Shown in pieces: positions 18,169-28,467 of a DNA stretch of 36,950 nucleotides. Within the stretch, counting starts at the first letter, position 1. Every line of letters begins with the position of its first letter. The stretch covers positions 1 to 36,950 of the forward strand of contig JBHIEG010000020.1 of assembly GCA_046760505.1 (NCBI GenBank), in the 5' to 3' direction. A program made the position numbers and the translations under genes. This stretch comes from Candidatus Hydrothermarchaeota archaeon. GTDB taxonomy: Archaea > CAYFZR01. The notes beneath the pieces were generated by a model. That model did no database searches, was not told the DNA's origin, and saw nothing but the letters and a program-made list of their open reading frames with translations.

Positions 18169-18690
18169 ATGGAAACAATATACATACTGGATTCATCAGT
18201 TTTCTTCTCTGATTTGCCGATCAATCTACTAAGTGGAAAGAAAATAACCGTGCCAGAAGTCGAAGAAGAACTCAGAGACGATAAGAGGAGACTTAAACTT
18301 CAAATAGTCAGAGATCTTGAAATCAGGAAACCAAACGAAAGGTTTATCCAAGAAGTAACCGAAGTAAGTAAGAAGACAGGTGATATTAGATTCCTCTCAG
18401 AAACAGATATAAGCATACTTGCATTAGCCCTTGAAATTAAAAAAGATAAACTGTATCCGATAATCTTAACAGACGACTATGACATACAAAACCTCTCGAT
18501 GGAGTTGGGAATTGAGTACAAAAAAGTAGCAAGAAAAGGTATAAAAGAAGTATTTCGTTGGTATAATGTATGTGAGGGTTGCGGAAAGATTTATGATATC
18601 ACCTATGATGGTGAATGCGAGGTTTGCGGCTCAATGCTAAGAAAAAAGGTTAGGAAGGGAACAAGGAGGTATAGATGTGAAAAGTCTTGA
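18169..18690 (+). CDS. nob1: Nob1 family PIN endonuclease (rRNA maturation)
   Basis: ILDSS, TGD..LSETD, TDDYDIQN, Zn ribbon CEGC/CEVCG. Confidence 0.92.
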   Translation: METIYILDSSVFFSDLPINLLSGKKITVPEVEEELRDDKRRLKLQIVRDLEIRKPNERFIQEVTEVSKKTGDIRFLSETDISILALALEIKKDKLYPIILTDDYDIQNLSMELGIEYKKVARKGIKEVFRWYNVCEGCGKIYDITYDGECEVCGSMLRKKVRKGTRRYRCEKS

Positions 18691-19309
18691 AGACCTTATA
18701 AATAAGGCAATGCAACTGAAAGAAGAAGGTCTGGCCACAGGAGAAATTGCAGACGATCTAAACGTCTCGAAAGAGACTGCTTTGTGGCTAATTACGAAAG
18801 GATCCAAAAAACAAGAAGCCATAGAAGCTCCAAGAGATGTATACATAGACTGGAGCACACTAGGAGGAAAATCTACCAGGATAAGATTCCTTGCACTAGC
18901 AATGACCGACATGCTCATGGAATGCCTCGAGGAAAATGAACTTCCCATACCCGATGTGGTAATAGGAATCGCAACGAGTGGAGTTCCACTGGCTACCCTA
19001 ATAGCGGAAGAATTAGATGCCACGGTAGCTATTGTCAGACCAAGAAAGCATATGTGGGATCCCGAGAAAAAAATTAAGAGAACGGGTTTCTTTAGCACCA
19101 CTTTCTCTAATGTTAGCGGGAAGAACGTGGTTATTGTTGATGATATAATAACTTCTGGTTCAACCATAAGGGATATAATTGAACTACTCAAAGATGTGAG
19201 AGCAGATCCGTTAGCAGCTATTGTAATAGTCGATAAAAAGGGGATAGACAAAATTAATGGCGTACCGGTAAAATCTTTGATGAAGGTTAAAAGAGTCGAG
19301 GAAATATAG
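18677..19309 (+). CDS. gfcR: HTH plus phosphoribosyltransferase-fold protein (orotate PRTase-like, GfcR family)
   Basis: GEIADDLNVSKETALWL HTH, DVYIDWS, VVIVDDIITSGST. Confidence 0.8.
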   Translation: MKSLEDLINKAMQLKEEGLATGEIADDLNVSKETALWLITKGSKKQEAIEAPRDVYIDWSTLGGKSTRIRFLALAMTDMLMECLEENELPIPDVVIGIATSGVPLATLIAEELDATVAIVRPRKHMWDPEKKIKRTGFFSTTFSNVSGKNVVIVDDIITSGSTIRDIIELLKDVRADPLAAIVIVDKKGIDKINGVPVKSLMKVKRVEEI

Positions 19310-19320
19310 AAGGGGTCCGG

Positions 19321-20061
19321 TTGAGAATTGGCATCCTTGGATGCGGTGCCATAGGAAGTTACGTAGCGAAAAGACTAGCGAATAAGGCAAGCCTCTATCT
19401 TTTTGATAGAAACTTCGATAAATCGGAAACTTTGGCAAAAGAAACAGGAGCAAGGGCAGTAAAATTTGATGAACTGGTTGAAGAGGAGTTAGATATAGTA
19501 ATAGAGGCGGCCTCTCAAAAAGCCGTCAAAGAGCTTGCTCCAATCATTCTTCAAAAACATGATCTGCTCGTATGCAGCACCGGGGCCTTAATGGATTCCG
19601 ATCTTTTTAATAAACTTAAAAAAATATCTGAAAAATCCAATACAAAAATACTCATACCTTCCGGAGCAATGGTTGGAATAGATGGACTAAATGCGATAAA
19701 AGACGGTGTCGAAAGTGTTTCACTGATAACAAGAAAACCAGCCAAGCATTTCGGTTTAGAGAAAGAAACGATAATATTCGAAGGAAATGTAGAAGAAGCG
19801 GTAAAAAGATTTCCAAAGGAAATAAACATAGCTGCTACCATAAGTTTGGCATTAGATAAAAAAATTAAGGTAAAAATCATTGTGGATCCTAATATTGAAA
19901 AAAATATTCATTCTTTGAGGGCAATGGGAAATTTTGGTGAAATAGAAATAAAAGTTGAGTCTAATCCATTAAAAGAGAATCCAAAGACAAGTGAATTGGC
20001 TCCCCTATCCGTGGTTGCCACTATAGAAAAGATGATTTCAAAGGTGAAAATAGGTACATGA
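19321..20061 (+). CDS. nadX: L-aspartate dehydrogenase
   Basis: GCGAIG, EAASQ, PSGA.VGID, NPKTS.LA; precedes nadA and nadC. Confidence 0.93.
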   Translation: MRIGILGCGAIGSYVAKRLANKASLYLFDRNFDKSETLAKETGARAVKFDELVEEELDIVIEAASQKAVKELAPIILQKHDLLVCSTGALMDSDLFNKLKKISEKSNTKILIPSGAMVGIDGLNAIKDGVESVSLITRKPAKHFGLEKETIIFEGNVEEAVKRFPKEINIAATISLALDKKIKVKIIVDPNIEKNIHSLRAMGNFGEIEIKVESNPLKENPKTSELAPLSVVATIEKMISKVKIGT

Positions 20062-20954
20062 TCAGGGAGATAGAAAGGCTAAAAAGAAGGGAAAACGCAA
20101 TCATATTAGCCCATAACTACCAAAGACCAGAAATACAAGAGATAGCAGATTTTATCGGAGATTCTCTCGAACTATGCATAAAGGCCAGTCAAACAGATTG
20201 CGACATCATAGTATTTTGTGGAGTAGACTTCATGGCTGAAACTGCTAGCATTTTAAATCCAGACAAATTAGTATTGATTCCAGATAAAAACGCTAGATGC
20301 CCAATGGCCGCTATGCTCCCGAGAGAAGAAATATTAAAAGCCAAAAATGAGTATCCAGACAAAAAAGTTGTCCTTTACATAAACACGTTAGCCGAGGCTA
20401 AGGCAGAGGCGGATATAATATGTACATCCTCAAACTGTATAGAAGTGATCAACTCACTGAACGGAGACATTTTATTCGGTCCTGACAAAAATCTTGCCTA
20501 TTACGCAAAGCTAAAGACAAAACGAGAAATAATACCGATCCCCAAAAATGGATACTGCTATGTGCATAAGATGTTCTCTCCCTTTGACGTATTAAAATTT
20601 AGGGAAATCTACCCTCAAGCCGAGATCCTTGCACATCCTGAATGCGATCTAGAAGTACAGCAACTGTCTGATTTTATTTACAGTACAGGAAAGATGGTTA
20701 AACATGTTAAAAACTCAGATAAGGAGTGTTTTGTTATTGCCACAGAAGTGGGTCTTGTAGATAGACTTAGAAGAGAATGTCCGGAGAAAAAAATCTATCC
20801 CTGCTTGGATAAAGCAATATGTAGAACTATGAAACTGCATAACCTTAAGAAAGTGTATAAAGTCCTTAAAGATAAGAAAAATGTGATAAACGTGGACGAA
20901 GATATAAAAAAGAAAGCGAAAAAGGCTATCGATAGAATGCTAAATTTAAAATGA
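20058..20954 (+). CDS. nadA: Quinolinate synthase
   Basis: ILAHNYQ, GDSL, FCGVDFMAE, CPMA, AHPEC, C..MK. Confidence 0.97.
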   Translation: MIREIERLKRRENAIILAHNYQRPEIQEIADFIGDSLELCIKASQTDCDIIVFCGVDFMAETASILNPDKLVLIPDKNARCPMAAMLPREEILKAKNEYPDKKVVLYINTLAEAKAEADIICTSSNCIEVINSLNGDILFGPDKNLAYYAKLKTKREIIPIPKNGYCYVHKMFSPFDVLKFREIYPQAEILAHPECDLEVQQLSDFIYSTGKMVKHVKNSDKECFVIATEVGLVDRLRRECPEKKIYPCLDKAICRTMKLHNLKKVYKVLKDKKNVINVDEDIKKKAKKAIDRMLNLK

Positions 20955-20976
20955 CTAACAGGTTGTTGATTATGAA

Positions 20977-21798
20977 ATGATCCCTGAGCCGATTTTGAGA
21001 AAAAAAATCATTGAATTTCTGGAGGAAGATTCTCCATTCTACGATTTAACATCGGAATTGGTTGAAAATAGGGAGATTGAGGCAGAAATATGGTGCATGG
21101 AGCAATGTTTGCTCTGCGGAGTTCACGAGGCCAAGACTGTATTTGAAGTCCTCGGATGCAAAACAAGGAATTTAAAAGAAGATGGACATTTCGCAAACAA
21201 TGAACCTGTAATTTCGATAAAAGGATATTCCAGACCAATTCTATTGGGAGAACGTTTAGCACTGAATATGCTTGGTAGGATGAGTGGAATCGCAACATTG
21301 ACAAAAAAAGCGGTCGATATAGCAAAGAAAGTTAATCCAAATATAAAAATCGCATGTACAAGAAAGACAACCCCAGGTTTTAGATTGTTCGAGAAAAAAG
21401 CAGTTTTAACAGGTGGAGGCGATCCTCATAGGCTATCTCTAAGTGATATGATTCTAATAAAAGATAACCACATCCCAATTTTGAGAGATGACTACAAAAA
21501 TAAAATAAGTTTCAGCAAAAGGGTAGAGGTAGAAGTAAAAAATCTGGAGGAGGCCTTACGCTTTAAGGACGCGGATATCATAATGCTCGATAATATGAGC
21601 ATAAAGGATATAGAACATGTTATAAAGAACTTTGAATCGCAAGGAATCAGAGAAAAAGTTCTATTTGAGGCTTCTGGAAACATTGATTTAGATAACTTAG
21701 AAGAATACGCAAAAACCGGTGTAGATATTATTTCGATGGGCTTGCTTACTCATTCTGCAAGGGCGATAGATTTTAGTTTGAGAATTAAGAAGGTCTAA
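20977..21798 (+). CDS. nadC: Nicotinate-nucleotide pyrophosphorylase (carboxylating)
   Basis: TRKTTPG, HRLSLSD.ILIKDNH, EVEV, MLDN, EASGNI. Confidence 0.97.
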   Translation: MIPEPILRKKIIEFLEEDSPFYDLTSELVENREIEAEIWCMEQCLLCGVHEAKTVFEVLGCKTRNLKEDGHFANNEPVISIKGYSRPILLGERLALNMLGRMSGIATLTKKAVDIAKKVNPNIKIACTRKTTPGFRLFEKKAVLTGGGDPHRLSLSDMILIKDNHIPILRDDYKNKISFSKRVEVEVKNLEEALRFKDADIIMLDNMSIKDIEHVIKNFESQGIREKVLFEASGNIDLDNLEEYAKTGVDIISMGLLTHSARAIDFSLRIKKV

Positions 21799-21815
21799 TT
21801 ATCTCTGCTTTTCAT

Positions 21816-22748
21816 CTAATATTCTTTCTTTGCCCACTCAACCAATTCCTCAAGCCCTTTTTCTAGCGTATAACGGGGTTCATATCCCAAGAGTCTCTTT
21901 GCCTTTGATATGTCCGCTTCCCTCCTCAGGATATCGTTTGGTCTGGGTTTAGTGTATTCTGGAGTTAAATCTGAGTCTGTTATTTTAATCAACAATTCTG
22001 CGAGTTTATTAATACTAGTCTGGCACTGTGTTCCTATATTTATGACCTCTCCTATGGATCTCCTCTTGTTTACCGCCAGTATATTTGCCAGAACGTTGTC
22101 TCTTATGTAGGTAAAGTCTCTTGTTTGATTGCCATCTCCAAATATGATTGGGGGTTTGTTTTCGAGCAGTCTTTTAACAAATATCGAAACCACGCCTCCG
22201 TAAATGGTAGATCTCTGTCTTGGACCGTAAACATTAAAATATCTTAGGCATGTTGTCTTCAAACCATACAACTCATGGAATACTAGGCAATACCTTTCTC
22301 CGGCTAACTTGCTCACCCCATAACATGAATTTGGATTCAACGGATGTTTCTCATCCATTGGCAAATATTCTGGCTCTCCATAAACCTCTGAAGAAGATGC
22401 ATATATGATTCGCTCAACATCTGAGTCCAAACAGGCATTTAGAAGATTGAGTGTTCCAAGAATGTTGGTACTCATGCTCTCAAAGGGATCTTCGGTTGCT
22501 CTGTCTACGCTAACTACGGCTGCTTCGTGAAAAACTATATTCACTCCATTTAAAGCGTTTTTTACCTCATCTAAATTTCTTATGTCTCCTTCAATAATCT
22601 CCAACTCTATTCCTCTAAGGTTTTTGGCAGAGCCTGTTGAAAAGTTATCGAATACTTTCACGTGGTTTTCAGTGCATAACTCTTGAGCAAGGTGGGAGCC
22701 TATAAACCCTGCTCCACCAGTTATCAGTACGGTTTTATTCTTTATCAT
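21816..22748 (-). CDS. NAD-dependent nucleotide-sugar epimerase/dehydratase (extended SDR)
   Basis: TGGAGFIGSH, SSSEVYG, YGVSK, RYFNVYGPRQ, GDGNQTRDF; likely ATG at 22748. Confidence 0.93.
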   Translation of the reverse strand: MIKNKTVLITGGAGFIGSHLAQELCTENHVKVFDNFSTGSAKNLRGIELEIIEGDIRNLDEVKNALNGVNIVFHEAAVVSVDRATEDPFESMSTNILGTLNLLNACLDSDVERIIYASSSEVYGEPEYLPMDEKHPLNPNSCYGVSKLAGERYCLVFHELYGLKTTCLRYFNVYGPRQRSTIYGGVVSIFVKRLLENKPPIIFGDGNQTRDFTYIRDNVLANILAVNKRRSIGEVINIGTQCQTSINKLAELLIKITDSDLTPEYTKPRPNDILRREADISKAKRLLGYEPRYTLEKGLEELVEWAKKEY

Positions 22749-22753
22749 TGTCT

Positions 22754-24727
22754 TCACGGGTTGTACCTGTATATCCAAACGTAATCGTTGTCGAAGACGA
22801 GTTTGAAATGATTTAGATCTTCTCCCTTAAAGAAAGGCAGCATCTGAACAAGTAGATAATCATGAGCCCACGGAGCAAATATCCACCTACCTTGAGAGTA
22901 TCCGATGTACGGGTCTACCTGCGCAATATGGGATATTGCCCAAGACTTTCTGAACTCCTCAAGGCTCACGAGAACATAGACCGGTCTATCCTCAGGATTA
23001 TATTTTGCAATGATGTCCTTTGCAAATGACTCTGGATTGCTAAACATCTTTGCTACATCTTGGTTTACCTCTGTATGGATGTTAGCGCCGTCAAGTATTG
23101 TATATCTCTGGGCAAAGTGTTGTATCCAGTATCCATAGTCCCACCAAGATATTACAATAGAATCCTCTGGTGTGTTCTCCTTTAGCCACAGCAGTGATTC
23201 TAACCATTTTTGATTAATTTCACCCGTAAAACCGCTTGCAACCTCTGTACCATCGCTCACAACCGTAAACGCACATATACCGATGATAAAGAATATTACC
23301 AGTTTTATAGATTTCAATGTATCGTATTTTGATTTAAGCCTTTCCTTTTTAACTCCCTTTTTCGAGGAACTCAATTCTGCTTCCATCAATTTTTTTACAT
23401 CATTCACGTTGGAAATGCCTCTTGAAAATAGATAAGAAGCGGTAACACACACAACTGGAGCCAGTGAGTAGCCTAATCTTATTTCAGATTGATAAGATAG
23501 TGTTGCAACCAATGTCCATAAAATAATGAGCAAAAGTTCGTGCTTGAATTCCTTAAATAGATCAAAAAAGATTATGAATAGTCCCACCGGGTAAAATATA
23601 AGTAAGGCACCGATATGATTCCACCAATCCCCGCTCGTTAATTGCTCTATCAGAGCAGTAGATACGTAGGTTCTAAGAATCACAGGACTTTGAGATTCAG
23701 CCACGGTTTCTCTCACCAAACCCTTTGAACCATAGAATATTTTATTTACCAGTGCTTTGGAGAAACCAATCAACATTGTTGGGCTCTTTGGAACCAATAA
23801 AAATCCAATTATAATTAAAACCAAACCTATACTCAAAACAGATACAAAGGCATTTTTTTCTGAAATTCTCTCACTTAACTCATAGTAAAGGAGGGCCAAG
23901 ATACTTATTAGCGCCATAATAATTGGTAAAAATATCTCGGGTTGTAGCGTTTCAGATAGACTCCAGACATCAAAAAAAGCGACCGGTATGAAGATGGTGA
24001 GTATAGCGGTTATTGAATAGCTCTTGAGTAGCTCTCTGGATAACCTGTTAGCAAGAAACGAAGTTAAAAGCAAAAGAGATAGCGAAAGATAGATTATCCT
24101 AAATCCACCCCATGTCAATGCCATAAAAGCAAGCGTGATTCCTGAAAGAGAAGAAAATACATAAACATCCCTTCCTTTTGATTTAATTGCTCTAACGAAA
24201 AAGTAAAGAGAAAATATACCAAGGAATCCTGCTACTGCCTCTTTGTCACAGAAACCCTCATGAATCCTTGTAATATCTCCGGGAATAAATGCCATGAAAA
24301 AAGATGCTATTATTCCCGCTCTTTTATCTAAGATCTCTGAGACTAAAAGATAAATTGCTACTACGGAAACAGCTCCGCTGACCGCTGGGAATATTATCAT
24401 ATACTTCATTAGTGAAATATCTAGACCAAATGAAGTGATGAGTTTATAGGTGAATATAATGGTGTAGGCAAGAAAAGGTAAATAGGTATGGGGTACATCT
24501 CTTCCATTTGGATAATAGGAGAAGAAGTCTCTCTCGGGAAATGATCCGTGCTCGAGGTAGTATGAAACCATCCTGTAATGGTAATATGGATCCATTCCTG
24601 AGAGATAATCCCCAGGATTTGCAAGCATCCTAACCCAAACTGCGAGAATAAATATCACGAAGAGAATTATATAGGGTAAGAACCTCTCATACTTCATCAA
24701 CGATGAGAAGTAGATCTCTTCCATCAT
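22754..24727 (-). CDS. aglB: Oligosaccharyltransferase AglB (STT3)
   Basis: DPYYH, DKE, TVAE, SWWDYGYW, ExxK variant of the DK motif; multiple TMs; likely ATG at 24727 or 24724. Confidence 0.93.
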   Translation of the reverse strand: MMEEIYFSSLMKYERFLPYIILFVIFILAVWVRMLANPGDYLSGMDPYYHYRMVSYYLEHGSFPERDFFSYYPNGRDVPHTYLPFLAYTIIFTYKLITSFGLDISLMKYMIIFPAVSGAVSVVAIYLLVSEILDKRAGIIASFFMAFIPGDITRIHEGFCDKEAVAGFLGIFSLYFFVRAIKSKGRDVYVFSSLSGITLAFMALTWGGFRIIYLSLSLLLLTSFLANRLSRELLKSYSITAILTIFIPVAFFDVWSLSETLQPEIFLPIIMALISILALLYYELSERISEKNAFVSVLSIGLVLIIIGFLLVPKSPTMLIGFSKALVNKIFYGSKGLVRETVAESQSPVILRTYVSTALIEQLTSGDWWNHIGALLIFYPVGLFIIFFDLFKEFKHELLLIILWTLVATLSYQSEIRLGYSLAPVVCVTASYLFSRGISNVNDVKKLMEAELSSSKKGVKKERLKSKYDTLKSIKLVIFFIIGICAFTVVSDGTEVASGFTGEINQKWLESLLWLKENTPEDSIVISWWDYGYWIQHFAQRYTILDGANIHTEVNQDVAKMFSNPESFAKDIIAKYNPEDRPVYVLVSLEEFRKSWAISHIAQVDPYIGYSQGRWIFAPWAHDYLLVQMLPFFKGEDLNHFKLVFDNDYVWIYRYNP

Positions 24728-24744
24728 GACACCTCTGATAAGGT

Positions 24745-24760
24745 TGAATGTTAACATTCA
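24745..24760. promoter_or_regulatory. Perfect 16-bp palindrome TGAATGTTAACATTCA in divergent intergenic region
   Basis: Self-complementary; lies in the 53-bp gap between aglB and the ATP-grasp gene. Confidence 0.6.
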
Positions 24761-24780
24761 TAAATTTATCTGGTGATCTC

Positions 24781-25791
24781 GTGCGTGTATTGGTTACCGG
24801 TGTTGGAGGCGCCGCAGGACTGGGAGCGGTAAATTCTCTTTCAAAAACAGATGTTGATATTTATGGATGTGATGCAGATCCTCTTGCGCCTGGTTTATAC
24901 ATTACTACGCTAAAGAAAGGCTTTTTGATTCCTTACGCGAGAGATCCTTCTTTTTTAGGTGAACTAAACCGGATTATTGAGGAATATAGCATAGATGTGG
25001 TCATACCAACGGTAGATGAGGAAATAATTCGCCTCACAGAAAGTGGAATACCAGAAAATAAAGTAAAAGATGATAAATTAAAGGCAAGATGTCTTCTTCC
25101 AGATAAAGATTCTCTAACCAATGCAGTAAACAAATACGAGACTTACAAAGTCTGCAAGGATATTCCTCGTCCTGCTAGCATCGAAGTAAAAGATTTAAAC
25201 GAAATAAAAGGATTTGTGAGAGAAAAAGGATTCCCTCTGGTGGTAAAACCTTACATCGGAAGGGGTGCCAGAGGAATATTTTATGTGGAAAATGAAAATG
25301 AGCTTTTAGGACAGATTAAAAAAAGAAAAGATATATTTATACAGGAATACATTCCAGGAGGGCCTGTATATACATTTGGAGCATTATACGACTCTAAAGG
25401 GAAATATGCCTGTGGTATCGTGCTGAAAAAATTAAGAGAAAAACCTGAAACAGGAGGAGTTGCTTGGGCAGGAGAAGTTGTCAACGATGAAAGGGTCCAT
25501 AGTTTAGGTAAAAAGGTTGTTGAAAGGATAGGAGGATGGAGAGGCGCTATATCCATAGAGTTTAAACTGGATGGAAGAGACAAAAACTATAAATTGATGG
25601 AGATCAATCCAAGACTGTTCGGATATAATTACCTTGCTACAGAGGCAGGAATTAACCTAGCATGGTACTTAGTCCTTCTTTCGTTAGGAAAGAAATTGCC
25701 TTCCATTCCTAAACCGAGAGAGGGATTAACATTTATAAGGTGCTGGGTAGACAAAGTATTTCATCCCTCTCAACTCTATGGAGGTACGTGA
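24781..25791 (+). CDS. ATP-grasp domain protein (carbamoyl-phosphate-synthase-like)
   Basis: GTG at 24781 after GGTGA; VLVTGVGG, IPTVDEE, VKPYIGRGARG, QEYIPG, EINPR. Confidence 0.88.
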   Translation: MRVLVTGVGGAAGLGAVNSLSKTDVDIYGCDADPLAPGLYITTLKKGFLIPYARDPSFLGELNRIIEEYSIDVVIPTVDEEIIRLTESGIPENKVKDDKLKARCLLPDKDSLTNAVNKYETYKVCKDIPRPASIEVKDLNEIKGFVREKGFPLVVKPYIGRGARGIFYVENENELLGQIKKRKDIFIQEYIPGGPVYTFGALYDSKGKYACGIVLKKLREKPETGGVAWAGEVVNDERVHSLGKKVVERIGGWRGAISIEFKLDGRDKNYKLMEINPRLFGYNYLATEAGINLAWYLVLLSLGKKLPSIPKPREGLTFIRCWVDKVFHPSQLYGGT

Positions 25792-25792
25792 C

Positions 25793-26197
25793 ATGGATGT
25801 TTTGCTTAAAGAAAAACTCGAGGAACTTTCCGCGAAGGATATTATGATTGTCAACCCAATGACAATAAAGCCAGATGATAAGGTTGCCTTCGCTTATCTA
25901 AAGACGCTGAGAATGGGAATCGGCGGATTGCCTGTTGTAGATGAAAACAAAAAAGTAGTGGGAATGGTAACCCAGCGAGATATTCTCTTGCTTGGAGGTG
26001 TACAGATCTTTTACTTAACTGTAGAAGATGTAATGACCACACCTGCAATAACTGTGGATATAAACGCCTCCCTAAAAGAGATTGCAGATCTTATGGTAGA
26101 GAAAAATATTGAAAGGATCCCTGTCGTGGAGGGTGGGAAAATAGCAGGTCTTGTGACCCAAAGAGAGATAATGAAGGTCTTGTCCCAAAGTCTTTAG
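25793..26197 (+). CDS. CBS-domain pair protein
   Basis: AKDIM, GLPVVD..VVGMVTQRD, VEDVM, RIPVV; ATG at 25793 after GGAGG. Confidence 0.9.
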   Translation: MDVLLKEKLEELSAKDIMIVNPMTIKPDDKVAFAYLKTLRMGIGGLPVVDENKKVVGMVTQRDILLLGGVQIFYLTVEDVMTTPAITVDINASLKEIADLMVEKNIERIPVVEGGKIAGLVTQREIMKVLSQSL

Positions 26198-28467
26198 TGT
26201 CCTATCCAATGCTTTGACCTATCCCTCAGTTCTTGTCTCTTCCCCCTGTTCCAATCATCCAGCCTTTTATAGTAGCCAGTTATTCGACTGTAGTGGTCAA
26301 GGACTTTTCCGGTGGCTCCGCACTTCGGACATCTCTCCAATAGACCGGCAGAGATGTTCTGACAATGATTGCAAATCGTTAGATCTCTCGTATATGCAAA
26401 AAAGCCCAATTCAGAGTTTTTACATAATTTCTCAGTCATGCTAATTAAGGAATCCACGCTGGGTTTTTCCCCTAGGAACACGTGAAACATGTGACCTCCA
26501 CTGGATAACGGGTGGAAGGGTTCTTCCAGCTTTATTTTCTCGCTCAAGGATATATCCGCATCTACGCTCGTATGAGATGAATTCGAATAGTAAGGCGAAT
26601 CCATTGTTCCTTTAAATACTGCTCTCTCGCCAAATTCTCTCAAATCCAACATTGCTAACCTATAGGTACTATGCTCGGCAGGAGTTTGAGATATACACCA
26701 TCTATGCCCGGACCTATCTACAAATTCCGGCAGTATAACCGTCGCCAAGTACTTGATAAATTCGACACCAAACTTCCAGCTGCTCTTATCCTCATGAAGC
26801 GAATGACCTGTATGGGCAATCAGCATTTCATTTAATCCAATGTACCCAATGGTATGGGTAGTATCTTCTATTCGATAGTAGGTTTCTCCATTCAATTCCT
26901 GAGAGAGGAATGGTAAAACCCTATCCTGATACAATCTTCTTTCGATTATCTTGTGCTTTATGTTGCTAAGAGCCTCGTATATCATCTCGCACCTGTCCCA
27001 CAGCAACTCATAAAGCCTTTCATCATCTCCATTTGCCTCGTAAGCAAGTCTGGGAAGGTTTATAGTTATCTGATGGAGGTTTCCGGTCCTCATTGTATCA
27101 GTTTCCCAGTCTTCCTTCCATCCTGCGTCCAATCTCGATCTGCAGGCCATGTAGTTAACCTGATTTGACTGCCATTCTGGACAAAGATTCGCTATGTAAG
27201 GTGTACCGAACTTTGCTATCAGTTGATGAATCTTTAAAAGCATTTCTTCGTTTTCCTGCCTGAAAGAGTCCTTCCTTATCTTAAAAACTATGTTTGGAAA
27301 TAGATGTGGCTTTCCGGTATGGTCCCCCTCGAGTAAAACATCAATGAGGGCTGTCAGGAAAAGTCTGGCCTCATCTTCGTAATCCGCGTAGGTATCTCCC
27401 AAAGCTCCACCGGGCAGGATAGCAGGTTCTTTCTCCAAGAACTTGGGAACTTGAAGTTCCAAATCTAGGTTTGAAAATAGAACTCCTCCTCTCGCAATAT
27501 GATGTTGATTCATTTCATATACAAACATTTGAGCGGCTTGTTTTATTTGCTCGTGCGTTAAACCCCTGAGAAAGGGCGCAAGGAATACATTGAAGAAATC
27601 AAACCCCTGTCCCCCGGTCATCTGAGTTTGAGAAGTCATTAGTACTTTTGAAGCCTGTAAAATAGCGGTTTCAATATGTCTTGGCGGAGAAGAAACACTT
27701 GCATAAATTCCATTTCCATCAACCCTCAATCCAAATTTAAGGAACCACCTGAGATCGTGTTGCATAGAATTCGGTCGAACAGCCCAGTAATTCAGGTTGT
27801 GTATGTGGATTAATCCCCTCATATGGGCATCCGCGATGTCTCTCGGTAATATTTTGAGGAGACAGTACTGTTCAAACACAGAGTCTCCCGCTAACTTATG
27901 AATGGTCTCCGCATTATGCTGAAGATTTGTGTTCTCTTTAGATCCCAACTCTATCAACTTGGTTACGTCATATACCGGTAACCCCAATCTTGTATAATCT
28001 GCTCTCTCTTTTTCAAGGCCGTATTCTAATAATTTTGCATTAACAACCTCTCTTATCAATGGAGCGCTCAAAAACTCCAATTTTAATCTTCTTAATTCTT
28101 CTTCAACTTCTTTGGCAATTTTTTCAGCCATTTCTTGAGACATTCCTGTTTCGGAGATCAAGGATAGAACGATTTTTCTACGGTCAAATCCTTCTATAAT
28201 ATTTCTAGTGGTTCTTACTCTCATTTTATGGTATCTTTCATATCTTCTAGCCGCTTCAGGATCTTTTTTGTAGAGTAATTCAGTGGTCATTGCCCTAATT
28301 TCCTTAGTGCTTATCCCGTCGTATATTCTACCTGAAACATCCAGTGCGACCTCTGCGGCTGTCCAGAAAGGTATTCCAGATTCAATGCATTCTTCTGTAA
28401 TCCTGTTCGGGTCAAATCTCTCGATTTTTCCGTCGGAGCATACTACACGAATGATCTTGTCCCCCAT
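26194..28467 (-). CDS. nrdD: Anaerobic (class III) ribonucleotide reductase with two ATP cones
   Basis: Two ATP cones, IHIH, YMACR finger loop, TPAE, Zn site CNHC/CPKC, glycyl-radical loop SRITGYY; ATG at 28467 after GGTGA. Confidence 0.93.
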   Translation of the reverse strand: MGDKIIRVVCSDGKIERFDPNRITEECIESGIPFWTAAEVALDVSGRIYDGISTKEIRAMTTELLYKKDPEAARRYERYHKMRVRTTRNIIEGFDRRKIVLSLISETGMSQEMAEKIAKEVEEELRRLKLEFLSAPLIREVVNAKLLEYGLEKERADYTRLGLPVYDVTKLIELGSKENTNLQHNAETIHKLAGDSVFEQYCLLKILPRDIADAHMRGLIHIHNLNYWAVRPNSMQHDLRWFLKFGLRVDGNGIYASVSSPPRHIETAILQASKVLMTSQTQMTGGQGFDFFNVFLAPFLRGLTHEQIKQAAQMFVYEMNQHHIARGGVLFSNLDLELQVPKFLEKEPAILPGGALGDTYADYEDEARLFLTALIDVLLEGDHTGKPHLFPNIVFKIRKDSFRQENEEMLLKIHQLIAKFGTPYIANLCPEWQSNQVNYMACRSRLDAGWKEDWETDTMRTGNLHQITINLPRLAYEANGDDERLYELLWDRCEMIYEALSNIKHKIIERRLYQDRVLPFLSQELNGETYYRIEDTTHTIGYIGLNEMLIAHTGHSLHEDKSSWKFGVEFIKYLATVILPEFVDRSGHRWCISQTPAEHSTYRLAMLDLREFGERAVFKGTMDSPYYSNSSHTSVDADISLSEKIKLEEPFHPLSSGGHMFHVFLGEKPSVDSLISMTEKLCKNSELGFFAYTRDLTICNHCQNISAGLLERCPKCGATGKVLDHYSRITGYYKRLDDWNRGKRQELRDRSKHWIGH

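Noticed and set aside
18637-19251. 204-aa antisense ORF
   Set aside because: Shadow of the PRTase-like gene
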